From Gemmatimonadota bacterium (GTDB taxonomy: Bacteria; Gemmatimonadota; Gemmatimonadetes; Palauibacterales; KS3-K002), in the NCBI GenBank assembly GCA_039586795.1, contig JBDHJS010000003.1:128001-192000 (forward strand): a stretch of DNA of 64,000 bases, in the 5' to 3' direction. The stretch's first letter is position 1, and each line of letters starts with the position of its first letter. The notes below the pieces were generated by a model, which ran no database searches, had not been told where the DNA came from, and was given only the letters and a program-made list of their open reading frames with translations. The position numbers were made by a program, and so were the translations under genes. This document shows, in pieces, positions 29,517-39,536 of this stretch.

Positions 29517-32500
29517 TCAACCCGAGCAGACGGCTCTGACGGCGAGTATCTGGTAGGGATCAAGTTCAACCGTCTCGGGCAAAGCATCGAGTTCCGATTC
29601 CCGGACATCACTTCTGAAGAAGGAGCAGGTCGCGCCTTCACCGGGCACAAACCTCACTGCGTCGGCGGATTCCCCCGGGTTGAACAGACGAATGAAGAGG
29701 CCGCTTCCGTCATCAGCGGTCTTCAAGAGAGTGACGACGGCGCGGTCCGCCTCGACACGCACAGGAAACTTCAACGGCTCCGAATCCGGTGGGGCGGCGA
29801 CAACGATCAGCGGCTGGCCGATCTCCATCGCGAATCGCTCGGCCACCGCCTCGTCGAACGAACCGTGCGGGCGAAGCGAGTAGCGGAATTCGTGAAACCC
29901 ATCCTGTGCGGCCTTGTAGTTGGTCTCCCAGTAGTTGTTCATAACGTACGAGTATACCGTCGCTGACTGAGGAATTTGGTGCAGCCAGCCAGTAACGATC
30001 GCATCCGTCCGAATGCTGCCAAACTGAATCATTGGGACGTCGATGCTAACGAGCGTCATGCCGGAGAAGTCGTTGTGAACGTCGACCCAACGTTGCAGGC
30101 TCATGTAGTTCTTCGATGCCCCCGGTAGTTGGTCCTCCTCGAGGCGGAACGAGCCCCACGGTACGTCGACTCGAACGCGAGGATCTCTAACGTTGAAAGC
30201 GAACTCGTAGAGAACAGCTTCCGGATCATGGACCGCGCGTTTGTACAGCCAATTGATCAAGTCAATTCGGGGAACACGCTCATAGATACGTATCTCGTTT
30301 CGTAGTAGCTGGTCGACACCAGCGGCCGGCGCCACGATCTCTACGGCCGACACGAGAGGTCCATACTCCTTCAACCGCACCGCCGCGCGTCCACTCGTGA
30401 CCGCAGCAGCTGGATCCCGGCCCGGCACGTAGAAGTACCGGTTGACGCTTCTCCCATCCTGGCCGTCATACACCAGATCTCTCTTCGCCCTTTGACTATA
30501 GAGAGAAACGATCGCGCCGGTCGTCGTGTCGACCTCGATCCTGAACTCGGAGTTGGCCAGCACATTGTGCCTGACCCTGGACGCGCTTCGCCGGGCTGCC
30601 TCGCCCTCGCTGACCGTGAAGTGCATCGATCCAAACGCCGGGACGTCGCTGGCCAGGAAGACCAGTTCGCCAGTGCTAAGCCTCTGGGAGAGGACTGGAC
30701 GTCCCGATTCGTCGAGGACTACATCACCGAAAGCACTCTCTTCGGCCGAAAGCGTTACCACGTCGGTTCGCGGCCAGCTGCTTGTGTTGACCACCTCGAA
30801 ACGGCCCGCCGACGGTCTGTTCCAAAGCCGTGCCGTCAACGTACGCAATCGTAGGCGCCGAGCCTGCAGACTCGCGACTTCTGCAAACTCCTTCTTGTGC
30901 TCCCATTGGCTGAGCGTGAACTCAGAACGCGGTTCGCTGATCGAGTTCCACGATCCCCAGGTGTGTTCGTAGTACAGGATGACGTTCCGCCAGGCCTCGC
31001 GCAGCTCGTCATCGGGCAGTTCAACTCCAAAGATCGCGGCGAGCGCTTCGGTTTGCGCGAGGCTCTCGGCGACGCGTCGCACGGAAGCGGTCTCTCGAGC
31101 CGAGGAGGCCGCGCCATCTTCCCAGTGCCCAGTAAGGTCGCCGCGCAATACGGGTAGCTGGTTGCCATATCGAGCCTCGAACTCCGCAAAGACATCGCTC
31201 ACCGTCGAGATGGCCAACCGTGGTGATACAAACCGCTCGTTCCAGGCGCGTACCGCGTCGGCCAAATTGGGATCCGGCGGCCCGTTGTCGGATCCGATGT
31301 TGTAGCGGAGGTAGACGATATCGAACGGATACTCCTCCCGACCAAGCTGCTCGACGTAGCCGAACACGTTCTCTTCGTCCAACGCCTTCGTGATCTGGGA
31401 ATAGCCCAGGCCGCTGTGAAACAGCGCATAACCTGCGCCCGACACCCAGGTGAGCACCCGGTCTTCGCCAGATGGCGACTCCCAGTAGAACGGCCGATCT
31501 CCCAACTCGTCGAGGAAGTAGCCGATGCGATGTCCGAAGTTCGGTCCGATTGATAGATACTTGATTCCGTTCTGGGCCAGCACCGGAACCAGCCCCCAGG
31601 TGAACCCCGGTATGTCACTCAGAATCGCCGACTCGATGGCGACGCCCGTCGCATCGCCAAGTCGGCGTGACGCTTCCAGGCTGCGCATCAGACCTTCAGA
31701 AGTCGCAATGCCCGTCAACAGGTTCGCATACATGCCGTCGAGCTTGATCCAACCACGACGAATCCCTTCGAGCAGCCGCTCGTTCTCCTGCTCTGTGTGA
31801 TTCTCGAAGTAGGACTCGACTGCCCAAAGACCTTCAGGATTCCAAACGAAGCGCGCCTCTTCCGGATACCCTTCACTCGCCGCACCCAGCCGAAGCGCCT
31901 CCTCGAGGTGATCCCACTGCATCTGCTCGACTTCGTCCTGATGATGGGTGTACCCGATGTCGAGGTGGGTGTGGTGGATCAGGTACATGTCGATCCGGCG
32001 CACCGGCTGTACGGCGAACGTCGTCGTCGCGCCCCGGCCGTCGACCTGAAAACTGAGGTCGACCGGCGTGGTCTCGTCGGCCTCCGGAACAGGTATGAGA
32101 TACCGACTGTGGCCAAGCGAGACTGTCGTGTCTATGGATCCGATGGGGCTAGTCAGCTGAACGTTGCCGTCGTCCCCGAGGTACAGGAGGTCGACACGCA
32201 CGATCTGAGTGTTGCCGCGCTCGCCTCGCAGAAGTGCCGGCGCGTTCTGGACTATGATGTGCGGCGTGACCGACTCCTTGAAAATCATGAACCAGGTCGG
32301 CACCCCCGCGCTCTCTCCTGCCACTCCTAACCGAACGAAACGACTACCACGCCAGATCTCTCGCGGTACGCGAAGGAATATGTATCCCATCGCATCGCCG
32401 TACTTGTCGATGAGCGTAACCCGAAATTCCGCTCTTACACCTCGCTCGCCGGTCCACACAATCGTGTCACCAGCGGAAGACTGCCGTGGGTTTACGAATG

Positions 32501-32846
32501 AAAGCACGTAATCGCCGTTCACAGTCAGGTCGAAACGGCGCGGGTTATCATTCACATCGATGCCCGCCATGATCACGAAGATCGCCTCGTCGCCATCAAA
32601 GGCGTCGGGGATCGCCGACGTCTCCCACTCGATGGAACGTGCGCTGTCGATCGATCGCACCAGCAACGATCGATCCACGTACGGCAGAGGTGAATGATAC
32701 CTCAGCTCTTCGCCCTTCAGAGTGGTTCCGTAGCCAGGTACGAAATGGGTCGGGATATTGAGCCTCTTGGTCTGCGCCGCTAAAGGGTTCAGAGCCACGA
32801 AGCTCACGGCGGCGAAGAGCAGCAGCGGAATACAACGACAGAACAT
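29517..32846 (-). CDS. Secreted glycoside hydrolase family 38-like (alpha-mannosidase-like) protein
   Basis: HHTHLDIGYTH metal motif, SDIPGFTWG, PFYWESPSG, GSDNGPP, YYEHTWG, YVMNNYWETNY; signal peptide from ATG 32846. Confidence 0.88.
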   Translation of the reverse strand: MFCRCIPLLLFAAVSFVALNPLAAQTKRLNIPTHFVPGYGTTLKGEELRYHSPLPYVDRSLLVRSIDSARSIEWETSAIPDAFDGDEAIFVIMAGIDVNDNPRRFDLTVNGDYVLSFVNPRQSSAGDTIVWTGERGVRAEFRVTLIDKYGDAMGYIFLRVPREIWRGSRFVRLGVAGESAGVPTWFMIFKESVTPHIIVQNAPALLRGERGNTQIVRVDLLYLGDDGNVQLTSPIGSIDTTVSLGHSRYLIPVPEADETTPVDLSFQVDGRGATTTFAVQPVRRIDMYLIHHTHLDIGYTHHQDEVEQMQWDHLEEALRLGAASEGYPEEARFVWNPEGLWAVESYFENHTEQENERLLEGIRRGWIKLDGMYANLLTGIATSEGLMRSLEASRRLGDATGVAIESAILSDIPGFTWGLVPVLAQNGIKYLSIGPNFGHRIGYFLDELGDRPFYWESPSGEDRVLTWVSGAGYALFHSGLGYSQITKALDEENVFGYVEQLGREEYPFDIVYLRYNIGSDNGPPDPNLADAVRAWNERFVSPRLAISTVSDVFAEFEARYGNQLPVLRGDLTGHWEDGAASSARETASVRRVAESLAQTEALAAIFGVELPDDELREAWRNVILYYEHTWGSWNSISEPRSEFTLSQWEHKKEFAEVASLQARRLRLRTLTARLWNRPSAGRFEVVNTSSWPRTDVVTLSAEESAFGDVVLDESGRPVLSQRLSTGELVFLASDVPAFGSMHFTVSEGEAARRSASRVRHNVLANSEFRIEVDTTTGAIVSLYSQRAKRDLVYDGQDGRSVNRYFYVPGRDPAAAVTSGRAAVRLKEYGPLVSAVEIVAPAAGVDQLLRNEIRIYERVPRIDLINWLYKRAVHDPEAVLYEFAFNVRDPRVRVDVPWGSFRLEEDQLPGASKNYMSLQRWVDVHNDFSGMTLVSIDVPMIQFGSIRTDAIVTGWLHQIPQSATVYSYVMNNYWETNYKAAQDGFHEFRYSLRPHGSFDEAVAERFAMEIGQPLIVVAAPPDSEPLKFPVRVEADRAVVTLLKTADDGSGLFIRLFNPGESADAVRFVPGEGATCSFFRSDVRESELDALPETVELDPYQILAVRAVCSG

Positions 32847-32886
32847 CTGGTATCTCTCTCCTTCGGTCGCTACCAACAAGGTCAAT

Positions 32887-33615
32887 TCACCAGACTCCAG
32901 GGACTAGACGATAACGCACGTTCCGCGCATAGCTAACGTATCCGTCCAGCCCGACACGAAGCGTCCTCTCCTCGTACAAGATGCGGAGGGCCGTCACCAT
33001 GGTCAGCAGACCGACCGGCACGAAAGCCCAGATCGATCCAAGTACCAACGCGGTACCTGACCAGAACAGAATGAACCCGGCGTATCCGGGATGACGAATA
33101 TAACGATACGGGCCATCCGTGATGACGTGATGTCCGCGCTCCTCCTGAATTCGGACCACGCTCGAGAAGAACGTGTTACGCCCTAGAGCCCACAGCGTGA
33201 TCGTATACCCGGTCACTGAGACACCGAGACCCAGGACGCGAAGCGTATTCGACATCGACGGCGGCCAGCTCAGCCGCACGCCGAGGCCGGCAACGATGAG
33301 AGTCGCGGCAGGGATGAGCAGCGCCATCAACGCCGCGTGCAAGCGCTCGATCGGCGGCGCCCCTCTCTTCGCGTTACGGCGCTCCGCGGCAAGCTCGGGA
33401 TCCCGCGGTAACATCACCAGGTGAGCGAGACCGGTCAGCACCGCAAACATGCCGATGTAGATCCACGCCCACAGCCAATCAGCGCCGCCCGCCGCAACGA
33501 AGAGCAGCGCCCCCGCAACAACCACCTGCACCGCAACAGTGATCAGGCCCCTGAAGAAGGACCGGACGGCGCCGGAACCGGAGCGTGAATCATCAAGTCT
33601 TGTCATCACCAGCAC
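32887..33615 (-). CDS. Isoprenylcysteine carboxyl methyltransferase (ICMT/Ste14) family membrane protein
   Basis: NTFFSSVVRIQ.ERGHHVITDGPYRYIRHPGY, EERTL, YRLVPGVW. Confidence 0.92.
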   Translation of the reverse strand: MLVMTRLDDSRSGSGAVRSFFRGLITVAVQVVVAGALLFVAAGGADWLWAWIYIGMFAVLTGLAHLVMLPRDPELAAERRNAKRGAPPIERLHAALMALLIPAATLIVAGLGVRLSWPPSMSNTLRVLGLGVSVTGYTITLWALGRNTFFSSVVRIQEERGHHVITDGPYRYIRHPGYAGFILFWSGTALVLGSIWAFVPVGLLTMVTALRILYEERTLRVGLDGYVSYARNVRYRLVPGVW

Positions 33616-33756
33616 TTAAGCTGCCGCGACGGCCAGGCCCGGGCAACCGACGCCTTGATCCCCGGCGCCTGGACCGGCCTCACAACCGTATAGCGCTTCG
33701 CGGTATCTAATCGCGGACACCTTCACTCGTGCGGCAAACCCCAACCGGAGAGACTC

Positions 33757-36204
33757 ATGGGCTCCATCTGGCAGGATATGCGCTACGGGTTGCGGACCCT
33801 ACTCAAGCGGCCCGGCTTCACCGCCATCGCCGCCGTGACCATCGCGCTGGGCATCGGCGCCAACACGGCGATCTTCAGCATCGTCAACGGCGTGCTGCTT
33901 CAGCCGCTTCCGCTACATGAGCCGGAGCGCCTGGTTACCCCTGATGTGATCAGTACTCGCGGGTTCTCGATCTCGCTGTCGATCCCGAATTTCAAAGACT
34001 GGCGGGAGCGGAACCGGACGTTCGAGTCGTTTGGGGCCAACAGATCATGGAACACGACGCTCACCGGAATCGACCGACCCGAGATCATTCGCGTCCGCCA
34101 GGTGCTCGGTGATTTCTTCGAGACGCTGGGCATACCGCCCATGTTGGGCCGCACGATTCGGTCCGACGAAACGTGGGCGGGAGCCGCACCCATCGCGGTC
34201 GTATCCTATGGTTTCTGGGAGCGTCGCCTGGGAGGTGACCCGAACGTGCTCGGCCGGACCATCACTCTGGACGGCGAGGTGTTCGAGATCGTCGGCGTCA
34301 TGCCGCCCAGCTTCGTCTTCCCCTCGGCTGACAGCGAAGCTTTCACACCGATGGGCTACTTCTCCGAGCGGATGTGCTGGGAAGCCCGCGGCTGCTCCCA
34401 GGGGACCTGGGCGATCGGCAGGCTGGCGGATGGCGTGACCATGGAGATGGCCCAGGCCGACCTCGATCGGGTCCACCGGGAGATTGAAGAAGAGGAAGGC
34501 CAGGAAGCCGCCCATCCCGAACTCGGGTCGCTGACCGATGCTTACGTCGGCGACATCCGAGCGCCGATCATGATCTTGATGGGCGCTGTCGGTTTCGTGC
34601 TGCTTATCGCCTGTGCCAATGTGGCCAGTCTTCTGTTGTCGCGCGGCGAGAGCCGCCGCCGCGAGCTGGCGGTACGCACAGCGCTGGGCGCCGGGCGCCG
34701 ACGCGTGGTTCGACAGCTTCTTACTGAGAGCATCATCCTGGGCCTTAGCGGGGGCATCCTCGGTATCGGTCTCGCGTATGTCGGCATCGGTGCTCTCGTT
34801 CCGGCGATCTCCGACAGTGTCCCAACCGCGATGGTCGGCCGTATCGGGCTCGACCGCTCCGTACTGGCGTTCACGTTCCTGGTTTCCGTAGGAGCTGGCC
34901 TGCTCTTCGGAATCGCGCCCGCCCTCAGAGCAACGACGCAGGCCCTGGTCGGCGAGTTGAAAGAAGGCGGCCGCGGCGGGACGTCGGGTCGGGCGCGGCA
35001 GAGACTTCGGTCGAGCCTCGTCGTCGCCGAAGTCGCGCTCTCGCTCATCCTGCTCATCGGCGCCGGGCTGATGATCCAGAGCTTCAACAAGCTGCAGAAC
35101 GTCGACAAGGGTTTCGTCGCCGACAACATCTTCACCGCCCGCGCCTCGTTACCCCGCGTACGCTACGACGGGAAAGAGCCGGCCTGGCAGTTCTTCACCG
35201 AGTTCCTGGAGCGCGTCCAGGCGCTCCCCGGCGTAAAGACCGCGTCAATGACACAAATCGTGCCGCTGCAAGGAAACAGTTGGGAGCAGGGCATCATACC
35301 GGAGGGAATCCCGCGTGATCCGGAGAACGTCCAGTCGGTGCTCTACTACATGGTTACGCCGGATCACTTTGGGACCTTCAGCATCCCTCTCATGCGCGGG
35401 CGATTGTTCACCGAGCAGGACCGCGACGGCACGCCGCTGGTTTGCGTCATCGACGAGACGATGGCCGAGAAGTTCTGGCCCGGCGAAGACCCGATCGGAA
35501 AGCGCGTCAACTTCGAGGAAGCCGAGGGCTCAACCCGAGAGAACCCGATTCTGGTCTGGCGGACCGTGGTCGGCGTAGTGCGCAACGTAAGGCACTACGA
35601 AATGGAAAGCCCGTCGCGTATCACGGTCTACGTGCCCATGACACAGAGTCAGCGCTCGTGGTCCACCGCCATGCACATCGTCGCTAAGACCGAGGGTGAC
35701 CCCTTAGCGCTTACAGAAATGGTGCGTCGTGAATTGACCTTGATGGATTCTGAGGTGCCGCTTTACCAAGTCGAGACAATGGAGGGCTACGTGAAGGAGT
35801 CGCTCTCCAATACGACCCTGGTCGGTGGCCTGCTCAGTGTGTTCAGCGCCCTGGCCCTGGCCCTCTCCGCCATCGGCATATTCGGGGTCATGTCGTTTTC
35901 GGTGATCCAGCGACTCCGTGAGATCGGCATTCGCATGGCGCTCGGCGCCCACGCCGGCGACGTGGTGAAGATGGTCGCCCGGCAGGGACTCGCGGTGACC
36001 CTGGCTGGCGTGTTCCTAGGATTGCTTGGAGCCTTCGGGCTCACGCGGCTGCTATCCAGCGTGTTGTACGAAGTGAACCCGGTTGAACCGGTAACTTACG
36101 CCGGCTTCGCCATCTTCCTTGTCGCGGTCTCGCTGTTGGCGGCATACCTACCGGCGCGCCGGGCGACCCGGGTTGACCCGGCTATCGTACTCCGTGAGGA
36201 GTAG
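33757..36204 (+). CDS. ABC transporter permease, duplicated MacB/FtsX (ADOP-type)
   Basis: QDMRYGLRTL, ALGIGANTAIFS, LLIACANVA, RELAVRTALGA, REIGIRMALGA, PARRATRVDP. Confidence 0.95.
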   Translation: MGSIWQDMRYGLRTLLKRPGFTAIAAVTIALGIGANTAIFSIVNGVLLQPLPLHEPERLVTPDVISTRGFSISLSIPNFKDWRERNRTFESFGANRSWNTTLTGIDRPEIIRVRQVLGDFFETLGIPPMLGRTIRSDETWAGAAPIAVVSYGFWERRLGGDPNVLGRTITLDGEVFEIVGVMPPSFVFPSADSEAFTPMGYFSERMCWEARGCSQGTWAIGRLADGVTMEMAQADLDRVHREIEEEEGQEAAHPELGSLTDAYVGDIRAPIMILMGAVGFVLLIACANVASLLLSRGESRRRELAVRTALGAGRRRVVRQLLTESIILGLSGGILGIGLAYVGIGALVPAISDSVPTAMVGRIGLDRSVLAFTFLVSVGAGLLFGIAPALRATTQALVGELKEGGRGGTSGRARQRLRSSLVVAEVALSLILLIGAGLMIQSFNKLQNVDKGFVADNIFTARASLPRVRYDGKEPAWQFFTEFLERVQALPGVKTASMTQIVPLQGNSWEQGIIPEGIPRDPENVQSVLYYMVTPDHFGTFSIPLMRGRLFTEQDRDGTPLVCVIDETMAEKFWPGEDPIGKRVNFEEAEGSTRENPILVWRTVVGVVRNVRHYEMESPSRITVYVPMTQSQRSWSTAMHIVAKTEGDPLALTEMVRRELTLMDSEVPLYQVETMEGYVKESLSNTTLVGGLLSVFSALALALSAIGIFGVMSFSVIQRLREIGIRMALGAHAGDVVKMVARQGLAVTLAGVFLGLLGAFGLTRLLSSVLYEVNPVEPVTYAGFAIFLVAVSLLAAYLPARRATRVDPAIVLREE

Positions 36205-36249
36205 GGAGTAGCGGGTGGGGGGTAGGGGGTATCAGGCTCTACCCCCTAC
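36201..36249. repeat. GTAG-type REP-like element
   Basis: GTAGGGAGTAG followed by the hairpin GTAGGGGGTA-N8-TACCCCCTAC. Confidence 0.55.
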
Positions 36250-36317
36250 TCCGTCCCAGCCATTAGATTCCCGGTACGAGTAGAGATCGGCCAACGCTTC
36301 TTGACCCTCTTGCCACT

Positions 36318-36704
36318 ATGAAGACCGAATCGAACGTTCGCGTCGATACGCTGAAGAACCGAATCTACCTGACTCTGGAAGGTTTCCACGATCTGGACGA
36401 AGCGATTCGCATGCGTGATCTGTACAGGGATGCGATCGCCAATTGCGCGTCGGGCTTCACAGTGCTCGCCGACATCTCGCGTTACAAGCCGGGCGCCGGC
36501 GAGGTCCAGGCGATCCACGCCGAAGCGGTGAGGCTAGCGGAGGAGGCCGGCGTGAGCCGCGTGGCTCGTTTCATCGGCGATACGCCGCTCGGGGGGATGC
36601 AGATCGACCGCATCTCAAAGACCGAGGGCCACTACGAGTCTGCGAATTTCGACTCGCTCGAAGAAGCCGAAGCCTTCTTGGACGAAGTCAGCCCACAGAT
36701 CTAG
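36318..36704 (+). CDS. Small STAS/SEC14(SpoIIAA)-like protein
   Basis: NRIYLTLEGF, FTVLADIS, terminal FDSLEEAEAFL typical of this fold; its stop overlaps the convergent gene's stop. Confidence 0.7.
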   Translation: MKTESNVRVDTLKNRIYLTLEGFHDLDEAIRMRDLYRDAIANCASGFTVLADISRYKPGAGEVQAIHAEAVRLAEEAGVSRVARFIGDTPLGGMQIDRISKTEGHYESANFDSLEEAEAFLDEVSPQI

Positions 36705-37429
36705 AAGAACATCTCCTCACCAAGAAGCTCCCAGAAGCTCTTCTTTTCCGTGTCAATGCCGGCCATAATGATGATCATTCCCTTACCGAGAATTTGATCC
36801 TGGCTTTCTATTGACGCCAACTCCGCTTCGTAGGTACCGGCAAGCTCCAGGTTGGGCTCGGGCACGTCGGCTTCCATCGAGTCCGTTCTGGCGCGGTAGG
36901 CCTCCAGAAGAGCAGTTCCTACCCAAGCGTATTCTTCGCTGGATACCTGGTGCCGCTCCAGTGACTCTGCCAACACGACACGCACCCGCATCAACTTGCC
37001 GGCGCTGCGCACGCTCTTGGCCAGAAACTTCAATGCGGAGCGATCCTCTGCGGCGCCAGGCTCTTCGAAGTACTCGTTCATCTCGTTGATCCAAGGTTCA
37101 ATCTCTGGCCAAACCTCGTCCGTTACGCTGATGAACTTCTGGGCTTGATCGGCACGCACGACCCCGTCGACAGGCCGCGTGAAAGGATACTCTTCGGCTA
37201 GTCGTTCTATCGTTGCCGTCGCCTCCCGCTGTGCCCTGGCGCCGCCCGCCTCGCGCTCAAACGTCCGCTGCACGTAGAACAACATTGTGCCGATCGCGAT
37301 CAAGACGAGAAGAACCAGAACGCCGCATCCGATGCCGATCTTCGCGCCAACCGACAGGCCCTCGCGCTGCGGCGGCTGTTCGAATCTGCCGGGATCGGAG
37401 CCGAACCGGGACTCACCAGAAGCATTCAC
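36701..37429 (-). CDS. Hypothetical membrane-anchored protein
   Basis: GGAGG RBS before GTG; KIGIGCGVLVLLVL TM anchor, then a helical domain. Confidence 0.75.
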   Translation of the reverse strand: MNASGESRFGSDPGRFEQPPQREGLSVGAKIGIGCGVLVLLVLIAIGTMLFYVQRTFEREAGGARAQREATATIERLAEEYPFTRPVDGVVRADQAQKFISVTDEVWPEIEPWINEMNEYFEEPGAAEDRSALKFLAKSVRSAGKLMRVRVVLAESLERHQVSSEEYAWVGTALLEAYRARTDSMEADVPEPNLELAGTYEAELASIESQDQILGKGMIIIMAGIDTEKKSFWELLGEEMFF

Positions 37430-37535
37430 GGACTTCCTCCAGGTTGGTTGCGGGGCTGCACCATGATACCGCTCGGCTCAGGGTGGCGCGACGAGTTGTG
37501 AGAATGCGCCTAACCGATGGTCTCTTCTCAGGCGG

Positions 37536-38243
37536 TCAACAGTCCGTCCGGCGACAAACCGGGATCACCTCGCCGAGATTCACGGCATTCCGCCGACCTT
37601 CATCTTCGCTGACGAACTCGCTGCCTTCGACCCGCTCGACCGCAAACCCCGCCGCTGAGAGCCGGTCGTAGTAGTCCAGGCCGTATATGCGAACGTGGTC
37701 CGACTGGCCGAACACCCGCTCTCGGTCATTCGGGTCCGTCACTGTTGGATCCTCGTACGTTTCCGCGGCGCCGATCGGGACCTGGAGAATCGCCCAACCA
37801 TCGTTGGCCAGTACTCTATGTAGCTCGCGCATCGCACGGCGATCATCATCCACGTGCTCCAGCACGTGACTGCAATGGATGATGTCAAAGTAGTTGTCAG
37901 GGTAAGGGATGTCGGTGATGTCCAAACGAATCAGCGCCGCCGGATCATCGAGGTCAGCGCTCACGTAGTCCAGGCCCGGAATCTTGCGGAACCGCGACTC
38001 CAGGCAGCGCTCGGGCGCAACGTGAAGCATTCGCCGCGGACGGCCATCGAGGAGGTCGGACCGACGTTGCAGGAACAGCCAAACAAGACGATGGCGCTCG
38101 AGCGAACCGCACACCGGACACATCGCATCCGGGCGCGCAGGCTGGCCGAATGTTGAAAAGCGGCGGACTGAGGAACGGCACGCTGGGCAGAACCGGCCGA
38201 GGCCGAAGTAGTAGACCCTTCTCGCCCAGCGCATCGCCTTCAT
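37536..38243 (-). CDS. SAM-dependent methyltransferase with N-terminal Zn-ribbon
   Basis: CPAC...CPVCGSLERHR, LHVAPE, DITDIPYPDNYFDIIHCSHVLEHV, FGQSDHVRIYG. Confidence 0.88.
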   Translation of the reverse strand: MKAMRWARRVYYFGLGRFCPACRSSVRRFSTFGQPARPDAMCPVCGSLERHRLVWLFLQRRSDLLDGRPRRMLHVAPERCLESRFRKIPGLDYVSADLDDPAALIRLDITDIPYPDNYFDIIHCSHVLEHVDDDRRAMRELHRVLANDGWAILQVPIGAAETYEDPTVTDPNDRERVFGQSDHVRIYGLDYYDRLSAAGFAVERVEGSEFVSEDEGRRNAVNLGEVIPVCRRTDC

Positions 38244-38259
38244 TTTTGTACGACCTACG

Positions 38260-39429
38260 TTACAGCATCAACTGGCACAGCCAGGCGGTGAGGACGCCCA
38301 GATAGTTGCCCAGCGCGTAGCCGAGCAACGCCAACATGATGGAGATCGGAACCAGCTCTTCGCGATGATACCCCGCAGCGACCGGCGCTGAGGCGGCGCC
38401 GCCCACCGCCGCGACGCTGGCCGTCGCCGCCATGCTCACATCGACACGGAACAGCCGCGCGCTCAGAAAAACGATGAGCAGATGGAACGCGATGCAGATG
38501 AAGCCGGCGGCCAGGAACCATTGGGCTCCTCCGATATTCGCCAGATTCGCCTGGGCGCCGATCATCGTCATATAGATATAGACGAAAGCCATCGCCACTG
38601 GTTCGGTGCCGGGAACGTTCTTAAGTGGCGTTGCGGACAACGAGATGCCGAACGTCGTCACCAACAGAATCGCCCAGGTCGTTCTGGTCAGCACGGGCGG
38701 CAACTCCGGAATGAAGCCGGCCAACACATTCGCCGCCAACATTGCCACGAATGCCCATCCGACCAACGTAATCAGGTCTTTGAAGTGCACCTCGTGCGTC
38801 TTCTTCTCGACTTCCGCCACCGCTTGCGTGATGTGGTCCATCTGCTCCTGCGTGACCCGCGACCATCTGTTGAACCAGGTATACCAACGCTTCGACATCA
38901 GAATGATCGGGAAGTAGACCAGGTAGACGAAGTTGTCTACCAGAACCACCATCCCCACCATCTCGCCCGGCGTCTCGAGGCTCTCGGCAACAGCGGCCAG
39001 GTTGCCCGTGCCACCGATCCAACTGCCGGCGAGCGCTCCGTAGCCGCGCCATGTATCCGGAGGCAGACCGTCCTTGAACATGGCGAACGAGATCGCCGCA
39101 CCTAACACGATCCCCAGGGTACCGAGCACGAGCACGCCCGCTCCGCGCCAGGCCACCTTCATCGACTGGAGAATGTTGATGTCCAGCAGCATTAGCACGA
39201 TGAAGAGCGGCACCGCGAACGACTTGAACGTGTCGTAGATCGGGCTCTCCATCGGGATGACCCCGAGATTGCTCAAAAAGATGGGCGTCAGGAAGATCCA
39301 GATGATCGCCGGTAGGTAGTCAAAAATCTTCCAGCGAGTCTTCTTCTCCAGCCATATGAAGAAGACGGGGATCATCGTGATGACGGCCATCACGCCGATC
39401 AGATCGTTGAAGATGGGTTCCGAGTCCAT
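38260..39429 (-). CDS. DUF819 family membrane protein
   Basis: About 11 TM helices; LAGSWIGGTGN and ASVAAVGGAASAPVAA, ALLGYALGNYLG. Confidence 0.85.
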   Translation of the reverse strand: MDSEPIFNDLIGVMAVITMIPVFFIWLEKKTRWKIFDYLPAIIWIFLTPIFLSNLGVIPMESPIYDTFKSFAVPLFIVLMLLDINILQSMKVAWRGAGVLVLGTLGIVLGAAISFAMFKDGLPPDTWRGYGALAGSWIGGTGNLAAVAESLETPGEMVGMVVLVDNFVYLVYFPIILMSKRWYTWFNRWSRVTQEQMDHITQAVAEVEKKTHEVHFKDLITLVGWAFVAMLAANVLAGFIPELPPVLTRTTWAILLVTTFGISLSATPLKNVPGTEPVAMAFVYIYMTMIGAQANLANIGGAQWFLAAGFICIAFHLLIVFLSARLFRVDVSMAATASVAAVGGAASAPVAAGYHREELVPISIMLALLGYALGNYLGVLTAWLCQLML

Positions 39430-39536
39430 CAAGCCTCCGTTCGCTACCTAATCTACCGGCCCCAACGACCGGCTCCGAAGCACCGACGCTAGCACTAGAG
39501 GGCCTGTAGCGAAAGTGGTCGTGATCAGACGGAGCC

